From the IMG/VR virus record IMGVR_UViG_2905639403_000004, positions 1-64,000 of that record: 64,000 nucleotides of DNA; one strand, 5' to 3'. The position numbers and the translations under genes were made by a program. Shown one piece after another: positions 19,682 through 27,960 of the stretch. The notes under the pieces are model-generated. The model had not been told where the DNA came from. It did not search any database and saw only the letters and a list, made by a program, of their open reading frames with translations. This stretch comes from a virus (taxonomy: Duplodnaviria; Caudoviricetes). Every line of letters begins with the position of its first letter. The stretch's first letter is position 1.

Positions 19682-20126
19682 CCTCCTTCAGCGGACTGTT
19701 TTTCTTAGGCTTTTCTGGTTCTTCAACAGTGATCTGGCGTAGTCCAGAGTCAAATGTAAGACCTAAATCATGCCCTAGTGCCTTCATGTTTTTAACACAC
19801 GAGTCCATTTGAACAGCTCCCGGAGAGCGCTTCACCGCAACATCATCGTTGTCATAAATCCACAGCCCTTGTTTTTCGATTAGCTGCTCAGACTTAATGT
19901 AAATAGAGTAATAACGGCAATACAATTCAAGCGCTGGCTGATCTATCTTTTTAAGATAGCCAATTTTCTTTATTTCCGGAACAATCGCCTTCCAAAGACG
20001 CGATGCTTCATCATCAAGATGAGCTGGCGGTGTGTTCTGGATCTCCTTAAGATCATCGTCATCAGCTGTCACGGTATTTGAGCTTTTTGAGTGCAATACT
20101 GTCAATTTTGGTTGATTTTCAGGCAA
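19659..20126 (-). CDS. terS: Terminase small subunit (P27-like)
   Basis: PPAHL..A..LW, LELYC and LGLT motifs; TTG start with AGGAGG RBS. Confidence 0.88.
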   Translation of the reverse strand: MPENQPKLTVLHSKSSNTVTADDDDLKEIQNTPPAHLDDEASRLWKAIVPEIKKIGYLKKIDQPALELYCRYYSIYIKSEQLIEKQGLWIYDNDDVAVKRSPGAVQMDSCVKNMKALGHDLGLTFDSGLRQITVEEPEKPKKNSPLKEVGFGADV

Positions 20127-20199
20127 AAAACACACCTCCTTTCAGCATCAGAAACCGCTATTTATTGGGATTCAAGTCTAAAAAGCCGAAATTTTTCAA

Positions 20200-20266
20200 A
20201 AAATGGTTTTTCGGCAAATGGACACTGGTGTGTGAGGTCCCCTGCGATCTACATAGGGGCCCCCGT
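20200..20266. other. Possible cos/packaging region
   Basis: GC-rich non-coding stretch between HNH and terS, the usual cos position in HK97-like phages; exact site not identified. Confidence 0.3.
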
Positions 20267-20760
20267 TATTTTTTGTGAGCGAGAATCCATGCTGATATTT
20301 TTTCTCGTGTCCATTTTGTCGCAGTGTCAAGATTTTCTATTCGTGATTGTGATTTATATATCTTGTCCTCTAGCTGTGTCTTCCAATAGTGACAGCCTTT
20401 GCACAGCACCCATAGGTTGTCATGATCTAAGCACTTGCTTCTGTCAACTCTCAAAGGCACGATGTGATCAGTGACTAGATAGCCAGGCTTGTCATAGGTC
20501 TTGCCACAACATGCGCAAGTGAAGTAGGCATGAGCCTTAGCATCACGTGCGGTGTGTTCCCATATCTTAGACTTATAGAATGCAGCAGACTCTTTGTCGC
20601 GCTTGTACTTGTCATAGTACGATGTGTCACGTTTAACGTGCTTTGCGACATCAGCATAGTTAGGCTTATACAGGGATGCGTGCTTAGCGCAGTATGGATT
20701 CTCTTGGCTATAAGGGATTACATTGTTACATCCAGCCTTGCGGCATACCTTCACACGCAT
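20266..20760 (-). CDS. HNH endonuclease (terminase-associated)
   Basis: CACC, DHIVP, NLWVLCKGCH motifs; upstream of terS. Confidence 0.9.
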   Translation of the reverse strand: MRVKVCRKAGCNNVIPYSQENPYCAKHASLYKPNYADVAKHVKRDTSYYDKYKRDKESAAFYKSKIWEHTARDAKAHAYFTCACCGKTYDKPGYLVTDHIVPLRVDRSKCLDHDNLWVLCKGCHYWKTQLEDKIYKSQSRIENLDTATKWTREKISAWILAHKK

Positions 20761-20770
20761 GTGCTAGTCC

Positions 20771-20929
20771 TCATTTAGTCCAATGACGATTGCCAATACT
20801 ATAAACCAAAATCACCGCAGCAATAACAACTATTGCTGGCATGAATACTAGCAGCCAAATCCATGCAATCAAGCCGAATAGCTTGGCCAGCACTAATATT
20901 AGTGTGAGCAGTAATAAGAAATTTAACAT
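20771..20929 (-). CDS. Small membrane protein, possibly frameshifted near its 3' end
   Basis: MLNFLLLLTLILVLAKLFGLIAW hydrophobic ORF with GGAGG RBS. Confidence 0.6.
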   Translation of the reverse strand: MLNFLLLLTLILVLAKLFGLIAWIWLLVFMPAIVVIAAVILVYSIGNRHWTK

Positions 20930-20930
20930 G

Positions 20931-21425
20931 CTAAATCCTCCCACGATATCGCGCTTGCTTGTGATGATAGTCATTCAGCGCTTTGTCTAGCTTTGCAATG
21001 AACGACTTGCTGAATTTTAGATCATCAGATAGCGTGACGCCTTTGATCTTGGTAGACATTCCAGCCTTGATATCTTTTAACTGATCCAAGATTGGATGAG
21101 TGTCTATATGAATCGGAGTGTTGATATTTTCGATTGGTTCGTCAACCGGCTTGAATTTCTTGTCGAAGTCTTCCTGACTCATTGCATGCACCACATATCC
21201 ACACAGGTCACTGTAGTCAGCCACAAGCATATCGCCTTGTTTCACAAAATGCTGATCATTTCCTTCTCCAAATGTAGTAACGACATGGTTGTCATAGCGA
21301 ACGTTAACTCTAATTGGGATACCGTTCTCTTTAAACTCGTTGCTGACGAACTTACCTACGTCTTCGCAATCTTCCGGCACCTTGATTGCAATGTATTCCT
21401 TTGGCCGTTTCACTACTTTAAGCAT
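20931..21425 (-). CDS. Hypothetical phage protein
   Basis: 164 aa ORF with AGGAGG RBS. Confidence 0.7.
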   Translation of the reverse strand: MLKVVKRPKEYIAIKVPEDCEDVGKFVSNEFKENGIPIRVNVRYDNHVVTTFGEGNDQHFVKQGDMLVADYSDLCGYVVHAMSQEDFDKKFKPVDEPIENINTPIHIDTHPILDQLKDIKAGMSTKIKGVTLSDDLKFSKSFIAKLDKALNDYHHKQARYRGRI

Positions 21426-21437
21426 GCATAATTCCTC

Positions 21438-21860
21438 CTAAGATAATATGATTGTCGAATAGGAACCGTTACCGTCAATATTTAGACTAGTAACATCCCA
21501 TCCTGATTTATTTAGCAAACTGATTACTTCATTAACGACTGCTGGATTGTACTTGGCAACGCTAATTGAGATTGGGGATGTAGTATTGATTCCTTGATTA
21601 ATGGCATCGTTCACATCAGCAATCAGACTGTCTTTGTATTTCTTAGTTGCATTGGCACGAGTTGGTAGGGATCCTTCCATTTTTGGTAGCACTGGTGCTG
21701 GTGGAGGCAACTGACGGTGAGAAAATTGCCTACTTTGGCTTTTAGCATTATTTGAGAGCATATGTTTCCCTCCGTGTATTGTTTCCCTTGATAGCTCTTC
21801 AATGATTTTTTGCTCCGTGCGGCTAACGTAGCCATAGCTAACACGTTTCATACCTGACAT
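21438..21860 (-). CDS. Hypothetical phage protein
   Basis: ORF co-oriented with neighbours; alternative start MLSNN at 21761. Confidence 0.65.
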   Translation of the reverse strand: MSGMKRVSYGYVSRTEQKIIEELSRETIHGGKHMLSNNAKSQSRQFSHRQLPPPAPVLPKMEGSLPTRANATKKYKDSLIADVNDAINQGINTTSPISISVAKYNPAVVNEVISLLNKSGWDVTSLNIDGNGSYSTIILS

Positions 21861-21863
21861 GAC

Positions 21864-22394
21864 TTACACCGCCAACTCGAAGGAAAAACCTCCGTGATAT
21901 TTGCGCTTGCCACGAAGACACTTAGATACAGCGCTTCGGTCTAGTCCAAGAAGTTCCGCGGCTTTTCTGGCACTTTCAAAGAAATAGCGATGTCCCGAGC
22001 CACTTACCGCATAGATTGGACGCTCGTTTGCCTTTGCCGCGCGCTCGGTGCGAGTACCGTAATTGGTATTATATAATGCTGTACACCACTCAAGATTTTC
22101 AACTAAGTTGTTGCCTTTGTCCTCGTCCATGTGATTGACTTCTGGCAAGTTGTCGGGATTGTCTAAAAATGCTGCGGCTACCAAGCGATGAATGAACACT
22201 TGCTTTATGCTTCTGTCCCAATATAAATTGACCTTGAGGTACCCGTTTCTATTTGGAAAGCTGGCGATCATCTTCCCTTTTAAGCGGCGTCCTTGTGCGT
22301 CTTCGCGATCAAGGCTTCTTACTCTGCCCATATTGCTAACTTGGTATAGTCCCTCAAAGCCTTCAATATCTTTCCAAATTTCAGTTGAGTTCAT
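21864..22394 (-). CDS. NUMOD4-HNH homing endonuclease with C-terminal HTH
   Basis: EIWKDIEGFEGLYQVSNMGRVRS, HRLVA, VNH..NLEWCT motifs. Confidence 0.92.
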   Translation of the reverse strand: MNSTEIWKDIEGFEGLYQVSNMGRVRSLDREDAQGRRLKGKMIASFPNRNGYLKVNLYWDRSIKQVFIHRLVAAAFLDNPDNLPEVNHMDEDKGNNLVENLEWCTALYNTNYGTRTERAAKANERPIYAVSGSGHRYFFESARKAAELLGLDRSAVSKCLRGKRKYHGGFSFELAV

Positions 22395-23598
22395 AAGTAC
22401 ACCTCAATCTTTCGTCGTCATAAACGAACGCATACAGCAAATGCTTGCCCGTGGTGAAGCCATTCTTAATCTCATAGGGATCATTTGGTTTCGCAGTTCC
22501 AAGCTGGCGCCACATAATGCCACGATCATCTTTAAACCGCTCGCTATGATAGTGGCCTGAGTGAAGTTCGTATGTTTTTGCCATATTGAATATCTTTTTG
22601 TACTCAAATGGAAAAAGCCCTGTCAGCTTGTCCTTGGCTACATCTCCATGGGCGAGCATAATGCCAACATGCCCTAGCAAGTATGCACAGCGCCAGTCGG
22701 TTGCCAAATTACTGTCATTGAGATCAACGTGGACTTGTGGATAGCGATCTATCAGCGCATAAAGAAAAGCGTATTCGAGATCACCTGAATGGTTACCGAA
22801 CACGCTCTTGATTGAGACGCGATTGCTATATTCAATTGCCAGCGGAATAATCTGATCAAACAACTTCACAGCATCATGGAATGCCTGACGCATGTTTGCG
22901 TGATCTAGTTGCGTTCCTCTAACCGTTTGTGTTACATGAATCTGATCACTATGGAATAGATCTCCCAATTGCTCGATCACAATTTCGTTGTAGCCGTCCA
23001 TGATGATCTCTCTAAGTTGACTCACCATGTCTTTTAGATCGGCGAATGTTGTCCAGCCAAAATGCAGGTCAGGCAATGGGATGACTAAGTTGCGATCGCC
23101 CGATTTCTTCATGCCGTAATTGACCGGAATGATTTTGCCGTTGAATGCTTCAGCCATTTCACTTATCGATAAGCCTTGTTTCGGCTTTACGCGAATATGA
23201 ATGCTGTACTGCGGAACTGTGCCATTTTCGGTACTATGCTGCTCATACACTTTGTAGTCGCCTAAGACCATCTCGAACTTATCAGGATCGTATCCACACA
23301 ACTCCATCAAAGTCCGTGGGTCTTTATTTGGCTCATGCTTGAGTCTCATTAAGGCCGTGACTGTTTGACTACCATCAGCATTAAGAGCTACTTTTCTATC
23401 AACGGGTTGGCTCTTTCTATCTGTTTTCGCTGAATCGTATTCATTCTTCAATGGCTTTTGGAACTCGATACCAAGCCGTCTTGCTTTGCCTTGAAGCGCA
23501 TCATAGCTAATCCCGAGTTTGTCGGCTGTCTCGCGTCTGGTAAAGCCTTCAGAGGCGAGCTTCCTAATGTCACCAATCTGTTCATCTGTCCATTGCAT
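22381..23598 (-). CDS. Calcineurin-like metallophosphoesterase with N-terminal GcrA-like HTH
   Basis: DLHFG, GDLFHSD, GNH, HGD and GHYH motifs; MQWTDEQI...LGISYDALQGKARRLG. Confidence 0.82.
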   Translation of the reverse strand: MQWTDEQIGDIRKLASEGFTRRETADKLGISYDALQGKARRLGIEFQKPLKNEYDSAKTDRKSQPVDRKVALNADGSQTVTALMRLKHEPNKDPRTLMELCGYDPDKFEMVLGDYKVYEQHSTENGTVPQYSIHIRVKPKQGLSISEMAEAFNGKIIPVNYGMKKSGDRNLVIPLPDLHFGWTTFADLKDMVSQLREIIMDGYNEIVIEQLGDLFHSDQIHVTQTVRGTQLDHANMRQAFHDAVKLFDQIIPLAIEYSNRVSIKSVFGNHSGDLEYAFLYALIDRYPQVHVDLNDSNLATDWRCAYLLGHVGIMLAHGDVAKDKLTGLFPFEYKKIFNMAKTYELHSGHYHSERFKDDRGIMWRQLGTAKPNDPYEIKNGFTTGKHLLYAFVYDDERLRCTYELN

Positions 23599-23627
23599 CT
23601 ACTCGCCTCCTGAAATATAATAATTGA

Positions 23628-23701
23628 GGCACATGCAATCATGTGCTGCTCTTTTCATTTTTATTCCTCAGGCTCTCGGACTCGACCCCGAGAGCTTTTT
23701 T
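23628..23701 (+). ncRNA. Putative sRNA cassette A1
   Basis: TTGCAT-17-TATAAT promoter (23593-23621); GCACATG/CATGTGC hairpin; pyrimidine-rich seed; GCTCTCGG/CCGAGAGC-T6 terminator. Confidence 0.6.
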
Positions 23702-23737
23702 GTTGCTTAAAAGATTTCAATAAGCTAAAATTAAATT

Positions 23738-23815
23738 GTTCCCAATAAATACTCATTTTCACTCCTCGGTACTACCCCACTCCTTAGCTCTCGGCCCCCA
23801 ACCGAGGGCTTTTTT
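23738..23815 (+). ncRNA. Putative sRNA cassette A2
   Basis: TTGCTT-17-TAAAAT promoter (23703-23731); CTCATTTTCACTCCTC seed; GCTCTCGG/CCGAGGGC-T6 terminator. Confidence 0.6.
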
Positions 23816-23851
23816 AGTATCCTTATACACAGGATGTGCTATTATGTAGCC

Positions 23852-23953
23852 ATGAGCAGTGGCCTTTCTCCTCCAAGTCAATCGCTGCTACTCACACAAG
23901 TATTTCGTTTTTTCATCCTTTTGGCCCTTGGACTGGTCTCTGAGGGCTTTTTT
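23852..23953 (+). ncRNA. Putative sRNA cassette A3
   Basis: Extended -10 TGcTATTAT (23837-23845); hairpin with TTTCTCCTCC in its loop; GCCCTTGG/CTGAGGGC-T6 terminator. Confidence 0.55.
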
Positions 23954-24003
23954 GTTGCATAAAAATAGCACCTCACCGGTTGGCGGAGTGCTCGTGTAAA
24001 TAA

Positions 24004-24022
24004 AAAGACGCCGTGGCGTCTT
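24004..24022 (-). terminator. Intrinsic terminator downstream of the 223-aa moron
   Basis: AAGACGCC/GGCGTCTT stem followed by a T run on the minus strand. Confidence 0.6.
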
Positions 24023-24125
24023 GATATCTCACCGATTTGTCTTTCGTTTGATGTCGCTTGATCCGAGATTACAAACAGAAAAGCACAAACTAAATATTCC
24101 TAGAAAAAGACTAAAAAGAATCATT

Positions 24126-24797
24126 TTATTTCCCTCCATATACGTTCAAATCGCCACTGACTCTTTCATTCAAATCCTTGCCGTTCTTTTCTTGGAATTT
24201 TTGATTGAACTTTAAGTATTTTGTGGCTAGATCATTCCTCTTCTGCAAAGCATTTCTGTCGTCAAGAAGAACCCGTCTAACTAAAGCCAATGAATTCATG
24301 AAGTCTTCCCGGTCTCCTGCAGTTAGATAGAAAGACTGCTTGTACTTTTTATTTTCAAACAGCTCAGTTACTTTGGCATTTAATCGATAAATGACATCAG
24401 CTAAGTCCTTGCGATAGACTTGGTAATTCATTGAATTGCGTTGAGGCAAACGAGTTATTTGAATATCTTCAATTACTTGCAAATTTTGTTTCAAGCTATA
24501 TATTTGATAGTCAATTTGATTTTTTGTAACGGCTATGTGATCTGACTCTGCAACTTTTCCAGTCAAAATATCAATGTCAGTTTCGGCTAGTTTAGAAGAG
24601 TTTACCAACGCTTGATTTGACCTTTGCATGTATTCTTCATTTGCTGTCCTATAACTATTCCACGTATTCAAACTGATCGCAACCGAAACTATTGATATTA
24701 TTATTGGAATAATCTTGTCCCACTTTGTCTTCATTACGTGGAATATTCCTAAGACAAAATCACCAATTCGCTCATACAGTGGCAGCTTCACTTTCAA
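24126..24797 (-). CDS. AT-rich moron, membrane-anchored hypothetical protein
   Basis: Single N-terminal TM helix (IIPIIISIVSVAISLNTW); visibly lower GC than flanks. Confidence 0.75.
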   Translation of the reverse strand: MKVKLPLYERIGDFVLGIFHVMKTKWDKIIPIIISIVSVAISLNTWNSYRTANEEYMQRSNQALVNSSKLAETDIDILTGKVAESDHIAVTKNQIDYQIYSLKQNLQVIEDIQITRLPQRNSMNYQVYRKDLADVIYRLNAKVTELFENKKYKQSFYLTAGDREDFMNSLALVRRVLLDDRNALQKRNDLATKYLKFNQKFQEKNGKDLNERVSGDLNVYGGK

Positions 24798-24935
24798 TCA
24801 CCTCAAAAAAATAGTACTCCAGCGTGAACTGGAATACTACATTGAGGTGATATCTGTGCTTCATATGTCTGCTGCTCGCTCTCCCAGTGTCAGATAGGGT
24901 CATCGCAAGCTGTGTCCGGTCGCTAAACTGGACAA

Positions 24936-24990
24936 TGTGGCATGCGGGAATCGAACCCACCTGACTATCTCAGCCAGTCCTCATTGCCAC
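24936..24990 (-). other. D-armless tRNA-like structure
   Basis: GTGGCA/TGCCAC acceptor stem, GACTG/TAGTC stem with 7-nt loop, GTGGG-TTCGATT-CCCGC T-arm. Confidence 0.5.
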
Positions 24991-25069
24991 GCCTTGCCAC
25001 AGCTTTATCATCACTGAGGCTCGGAGGAAAAACGCGGTGTCTCAGGTTTCTCACCTTTGGCACAATACC

Positions 25070-25113
25070 ATCATATGACGGAAAAACAGTTGAAAGGTCT
25101 CACAAAGGTCTCA
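25070..25113 (-). promoter_or_regulatory. Putative ArpU-activated late promoter
   Basis: Tandem AAAGGTCTCA repeats (25093-25102, 25104-25113) at the arpU 3' end; -10 TATGAT at 25070-25075. Confidence 0.5.
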
Positions 25114-25537
25114 TCTCGATTTCAACCAATGGACAAATCTCAGCGAATGCGATTAGCGCTTCTCGTTTTGTTCGATAATACTGGGCTTTTGATAAAAACA
25201 GCTTGTCCATTATTTGCTGGTCACTATATCGTTTGGTTAAGTAAGAACTTGTTAATATAAGCCGATGATTCGCTGAATCCAGAGATTCGATAGCACCTTC
25301 ACAGCACGCTATATAGTACAGCTCGTCAGCGTGCGATACGAGCTTTTCCTCGGCTTTGTTGCCATAGCTAGGTGACTTGGGCATGCCGTCCATCACGGGG
25401 CTTCTGAGCGCTATTTTGGTGCGTTGAGCGAGCCGCTTGTGATGCCAGTAGTTCCCCAAGACCTCTTTGGCGTTTTCAATTGTTTTGTCATGATCAATTG
25501 GGCTAAAATATCTCGTTGCTCGCACCACTGCGTCCAC
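25100..25537 (-). CDS. arpU: ArpU-family late transcriptional activator
   Basis: RSPVMDGMPK, RLIL..Y, S..QYYR.KREALIAFAE motifs. Confidence 0.85.
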   Translation of the reverse strand: MDAVVRATRYFSPIDHDKTIENAKEVLGNYWHHKRLAQRTKIALRSPVMDGMPKSPSYGNKAEEKLVSHADELYYIACCEGAIESLDSANHRLILTSSYLTKRYSDQQIMDKLFLSKAQYYRTKREALIAFAEICPLVEIEMRPL

Positions 25538-25610
25538 TCCTTATGGTTTGATTTGGTTGGGTTTGTAGGATAAGCGTGCCTTCGTGGTGCGCTTTTGTTA
25601 TACTGTTTGT

Positions 25611-25699
25611 GAAGATGGTGGCTTAAGTTCCATTATTCAAAAGCCATGTATTGCATAAAAGTCCCTGTCTTCCACCCGTCGCTAATCCGGCGGTTTTTT
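25611..25699 (+). ncRNA. Putative sRNA cassette B1
   Basis: Extended -10 TGtTATACT (25596-25604); GAAGATGG/CTGTCTTC stem; CCGTCG-ctaatc-CGGCGG-T6 terminator. Confidence 0.55.
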
Positions 25700-25712
25700 G
25701 TTATACTGTCTT

Positions 25713-25796
25713 CGGAGGCCCACTCCAAAATGACTATTACCCTGGTGCAATTCACACACTGGCCTCCGGCGCGTCCCTAATCAGGCGCGCTTTTTT
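25713..25796 (+). ncRNA. Putative sRNA cassette B2
   Basis: Extended -10 TGtTATACT (25699-25707); CGGAGGCC/GGCCTCCG stem; GCGCGT-ccctaatcag-GCGCGC-T6 terminator. Confidence 0.55.
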
Positions 25797-26022
25797 ATTT
25801 GCTTTCAGGAGGCCGAATGAGCTCCCATGGATCAATCCCAGCTCCATCTGCGATTTTATCTAAGGTGTTAAGTGAAACACTGCCCTTCCCAGAGATTGCA
25901 TATTGAAGCGTGTTGATGGGTATTCCGATCTCTTTTGCATATTTTGCTTGTGTCATGTTCAGATCGTATATATTCTTCCTAAGGTTTTCGGACAATGCTC
26001 GTTTGCTGTCCAATCTGCTCAT
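25795..26022 (-). CDS. XRE-family HTH protein
   Basis: MTQAKYAKEIGIPINTLQYAISG..SLNTLDKIA motif. Confidence 0.85.
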   Translation of the reverse strand: MSRLDSKRALSENLRKNIYDLNMTQAKYAKEIGIPINTLQYAISGKGSVSLNTLDKIADGAGIDPWELIRPPESK

Positions 26023-26093
26023 CTCCTAATGCTTGTTTTTCCAGTTAGCCCACATCCACATTGCAGCACCTGAGATTAGCAGCATGACGGCAA

Positions 26094-26381
26094 TCATTGC
26101 TTTGCTTCCAGCCTGCGTCCGCACATCGGACAATAATTAATCACGATTGGATCATCGACCTCAGCATTATCAAAGCCAACAGCTTCGCATGTGTGTATTG
26201 CTGCACCGTTTATTTTTTCAGGCTCGATTCTATCCCATTCATTTCCACCAGTCATACCGATTCGAAAAAAGTTGCCAAGTTCTGATTCAATGAGCTTATG
26301 TGGTTCATGACAATATGGACAGTTTTTCTGGTTCTCCGTAAAGGAGGTCGGATTCGACCCCTTTTCCACTTTTTCAGTCAT
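26094..26381 (-). CDS. Hypothetical Zn-finger protein
   Basis: CPYC and INYCPMCGR motifs. Confidence 0.7.
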   Translation of the reverse strand: MTEKVEKGSNPTSFTENQKNCPYCHEPHKLIESELGNFFRIGMTGGNEWDRIEPEKINGAAIHTCEAVGFDNAEVDDPIVINYCPMCGRRLEAKQ

Positions 26382-26749
26382 TGCTTTCCCTCCAGTAGCT
26401 GTTTGTCTTCAAAAATGTTGCCAATGACCTCTAGAGTTTTGCCAGATCCAATCGTTCCAAAATAATAATCACCAACACCAAAAGCAGCATATCTAGGATC
26501 GTATTGAACCTCCATTACTTTCCCATATTCGTTTTTCACGATATCGCCTTCGTAGATTTCCCGCCCGTTCTTGTCGTGGCGGCCAACGTACTGCATCAAA
26601 TGGGCTTCTTCGTCAATTAGTTCAATGCCATTTTTGCCATCATCAGCAGTTACCCAAATACGGCCATCAATATCCCATTCAATATTACTGACTGGATATA
26701 TTTTGTGGTTGTGACTGCTATACGCTCTGAACTTAATCTCTCGTTTCAT
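26378..26749 (-). CDS. yopX: YopX-family protein
   Basis: MKREIKFRAY, LMQY.G..DKNGREIYEGDIV, LEVIGNIFE motifs. Confidence 0.88.
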   Translation of the reverse strand: MKREIKFRAYSSHNHKIYPVSNIEWDIDGRIWVTADDGKNGIELIDEEAHLMQYVGRHDKNGREIYEGDIVKNEYGKVMEVQYDPRYAAFGVGDYYFGTIGSGKTLEVIGNIFEDKQLLEGKQ

Positions 26750-26856
26750 TTCTCCGCCTCCAGTTTCACGATTTCTTCCATGTTCCACATTGCTAAATAC
26801 ATCCTGGCTTTCCTTCCGCAGCGCCGCTTGGTGTATGTCTTCATGGTGATGTACTC

Positions 26857-27066
26857 CTACTCAAATTCGATTGCTGGTATGTTCAGGTGCTCAATCAAGC
26901 CGAGGCGTTCCAACCGCTCATAGTTGAGACGCTCGCAGTATAAATCTGCTTCGTACTGAGACCTGAATTCCTTGATTTTGGTTTCGCCATTGCGGCCCAC
27001 AATCTTGAATTTCATTTTTTTATCAATCCTCTCCAGTTGGCTCATTTCTTCAAAATGTTTACTCAT
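26857..27066 (-). CDS. Hypothetical phage protein
   Basis: 69 aa ORF with GGAGG RBS. Confidence 0.65.
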   Translation of the reverse strand: MSKHFEEMSQLERIDKKMKFKIVGRNGETKIKEFRSQYEADLYCERLNYERLERLGLIEHLNIPAIEFE

Positions 27067-27455
27067 TTTTCTTCCTCCAATTTCACGATTTCGCCGGTTT
27101 CCTCAACGCGCCAGGAACCTAGCAGCCAAGCACGGGCGAAAGCATTGCTTGAGCTGATAATCCAGCTTTCCACATCATCCGTTAGTTTTTTAAACCCTTG
27201 ACTGTGAATGAATTTGAAGCTGTACATCATGTAGAGCTGAATATCGTATGACTTACCCCACTGGATGTATTCACTAACTGCTTCCGGAATCACCGGCAGA
27301 TCATCTGGCAAGGCGGCAGCGTAACGAGCACTATAATCAGACAGGCTTTCCGACCAATCTTCAAATGACCCGTCCCTAGGCAAACTACTAATAAAATTTT
27401 GTTTCCAGTCGTCTAGTACCACCTTGAACACGTCCCGCTTCGTCTCATTGCTCAT
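27063..27455 (-). CDS. DUF1642-like protein
   Basis: LPVIPEAVSEYI...FARAWLLG pattern. Confidence 0.7.
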   Translation of the reverse strand: MSNETKRDVFKVVLDDWKQNFISSLPRDGSFEDWSESLSDYSARYAAALPDDLPVIPEAVSEYIQWGKSYDIQLYMMYSFKFIHSQGFKKLTDDVESWIISSSNAFARAWLLGSWRVEETGEIVKLEEEK

Positions 27456-27960
27456 CGTCAGTCACCTCTTCTTTCTCGCAGTCTTGCAAACCGTAATGTT
27501 CGATCTCTGCTTCGGTGAACTTGCCGCGAAGTTTTTTATCCGCTGGGCAAATCGTCAGCAAATATACTTCACTATCCTTGTAATACCAAACATCTTTGGT
27601 ATGTGGATCCTTGACGTTGTATTTCTTATCCTTTGCCACGGTGTAGCCGTTGACGTAAGCTTCCATAATCAATTTTTCATCATCAGAACAGAAAGTGTGA
27701 CGAACAATATAGCTTGCTGGCCATGCCTCATCACGTGCGACTTCAACGATTTCGGCTTGCTCTTTGGTTAGCACTACCTTTTCAGGCTCCTCAATCAAAG
27801 TGACAACGTGGCCACCATAATAATTAGCCATAGCCTCAGCACTATCTTCGCTGACCAGAACCGGACAATACGATTTGGACAATGGCAGAAATTTTGCATT
27901 TTCACAGTCAAAATATTTTCCTACATCGTTCTTTACCGCGTACAGTTTTTCTTTGCTCAT
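27445..27960 (-). CDS. DUF1642-like protein
   Basis: PEKVVLT, AYVNGYTV and FTEAEI motifs. Confidence 0.7.
   Translation of the reverse strand: MSKEKLYAVKNDVGKYFDCENAKFLPLSKSYCPVLVSEDSAEAMANYYGGHVVTLIEEPEKVVLTKEQAEIVEVARDEAWPASYIVRHTFCSDDEKLIMEAYVNGYTVAKDKKYNVKDPHTKDVWYYKDSEVYLLTICPADKKLRGKFTEAEIEHYGLQDCEKEEVTDDEQ

Noticed and set aside
24936-24990. tRNA-like element as an amber suppressor for the primase TAG
   Set aside because: The loop reads GCTGAGA, not a CTA anticodon, and the D-arm is missing
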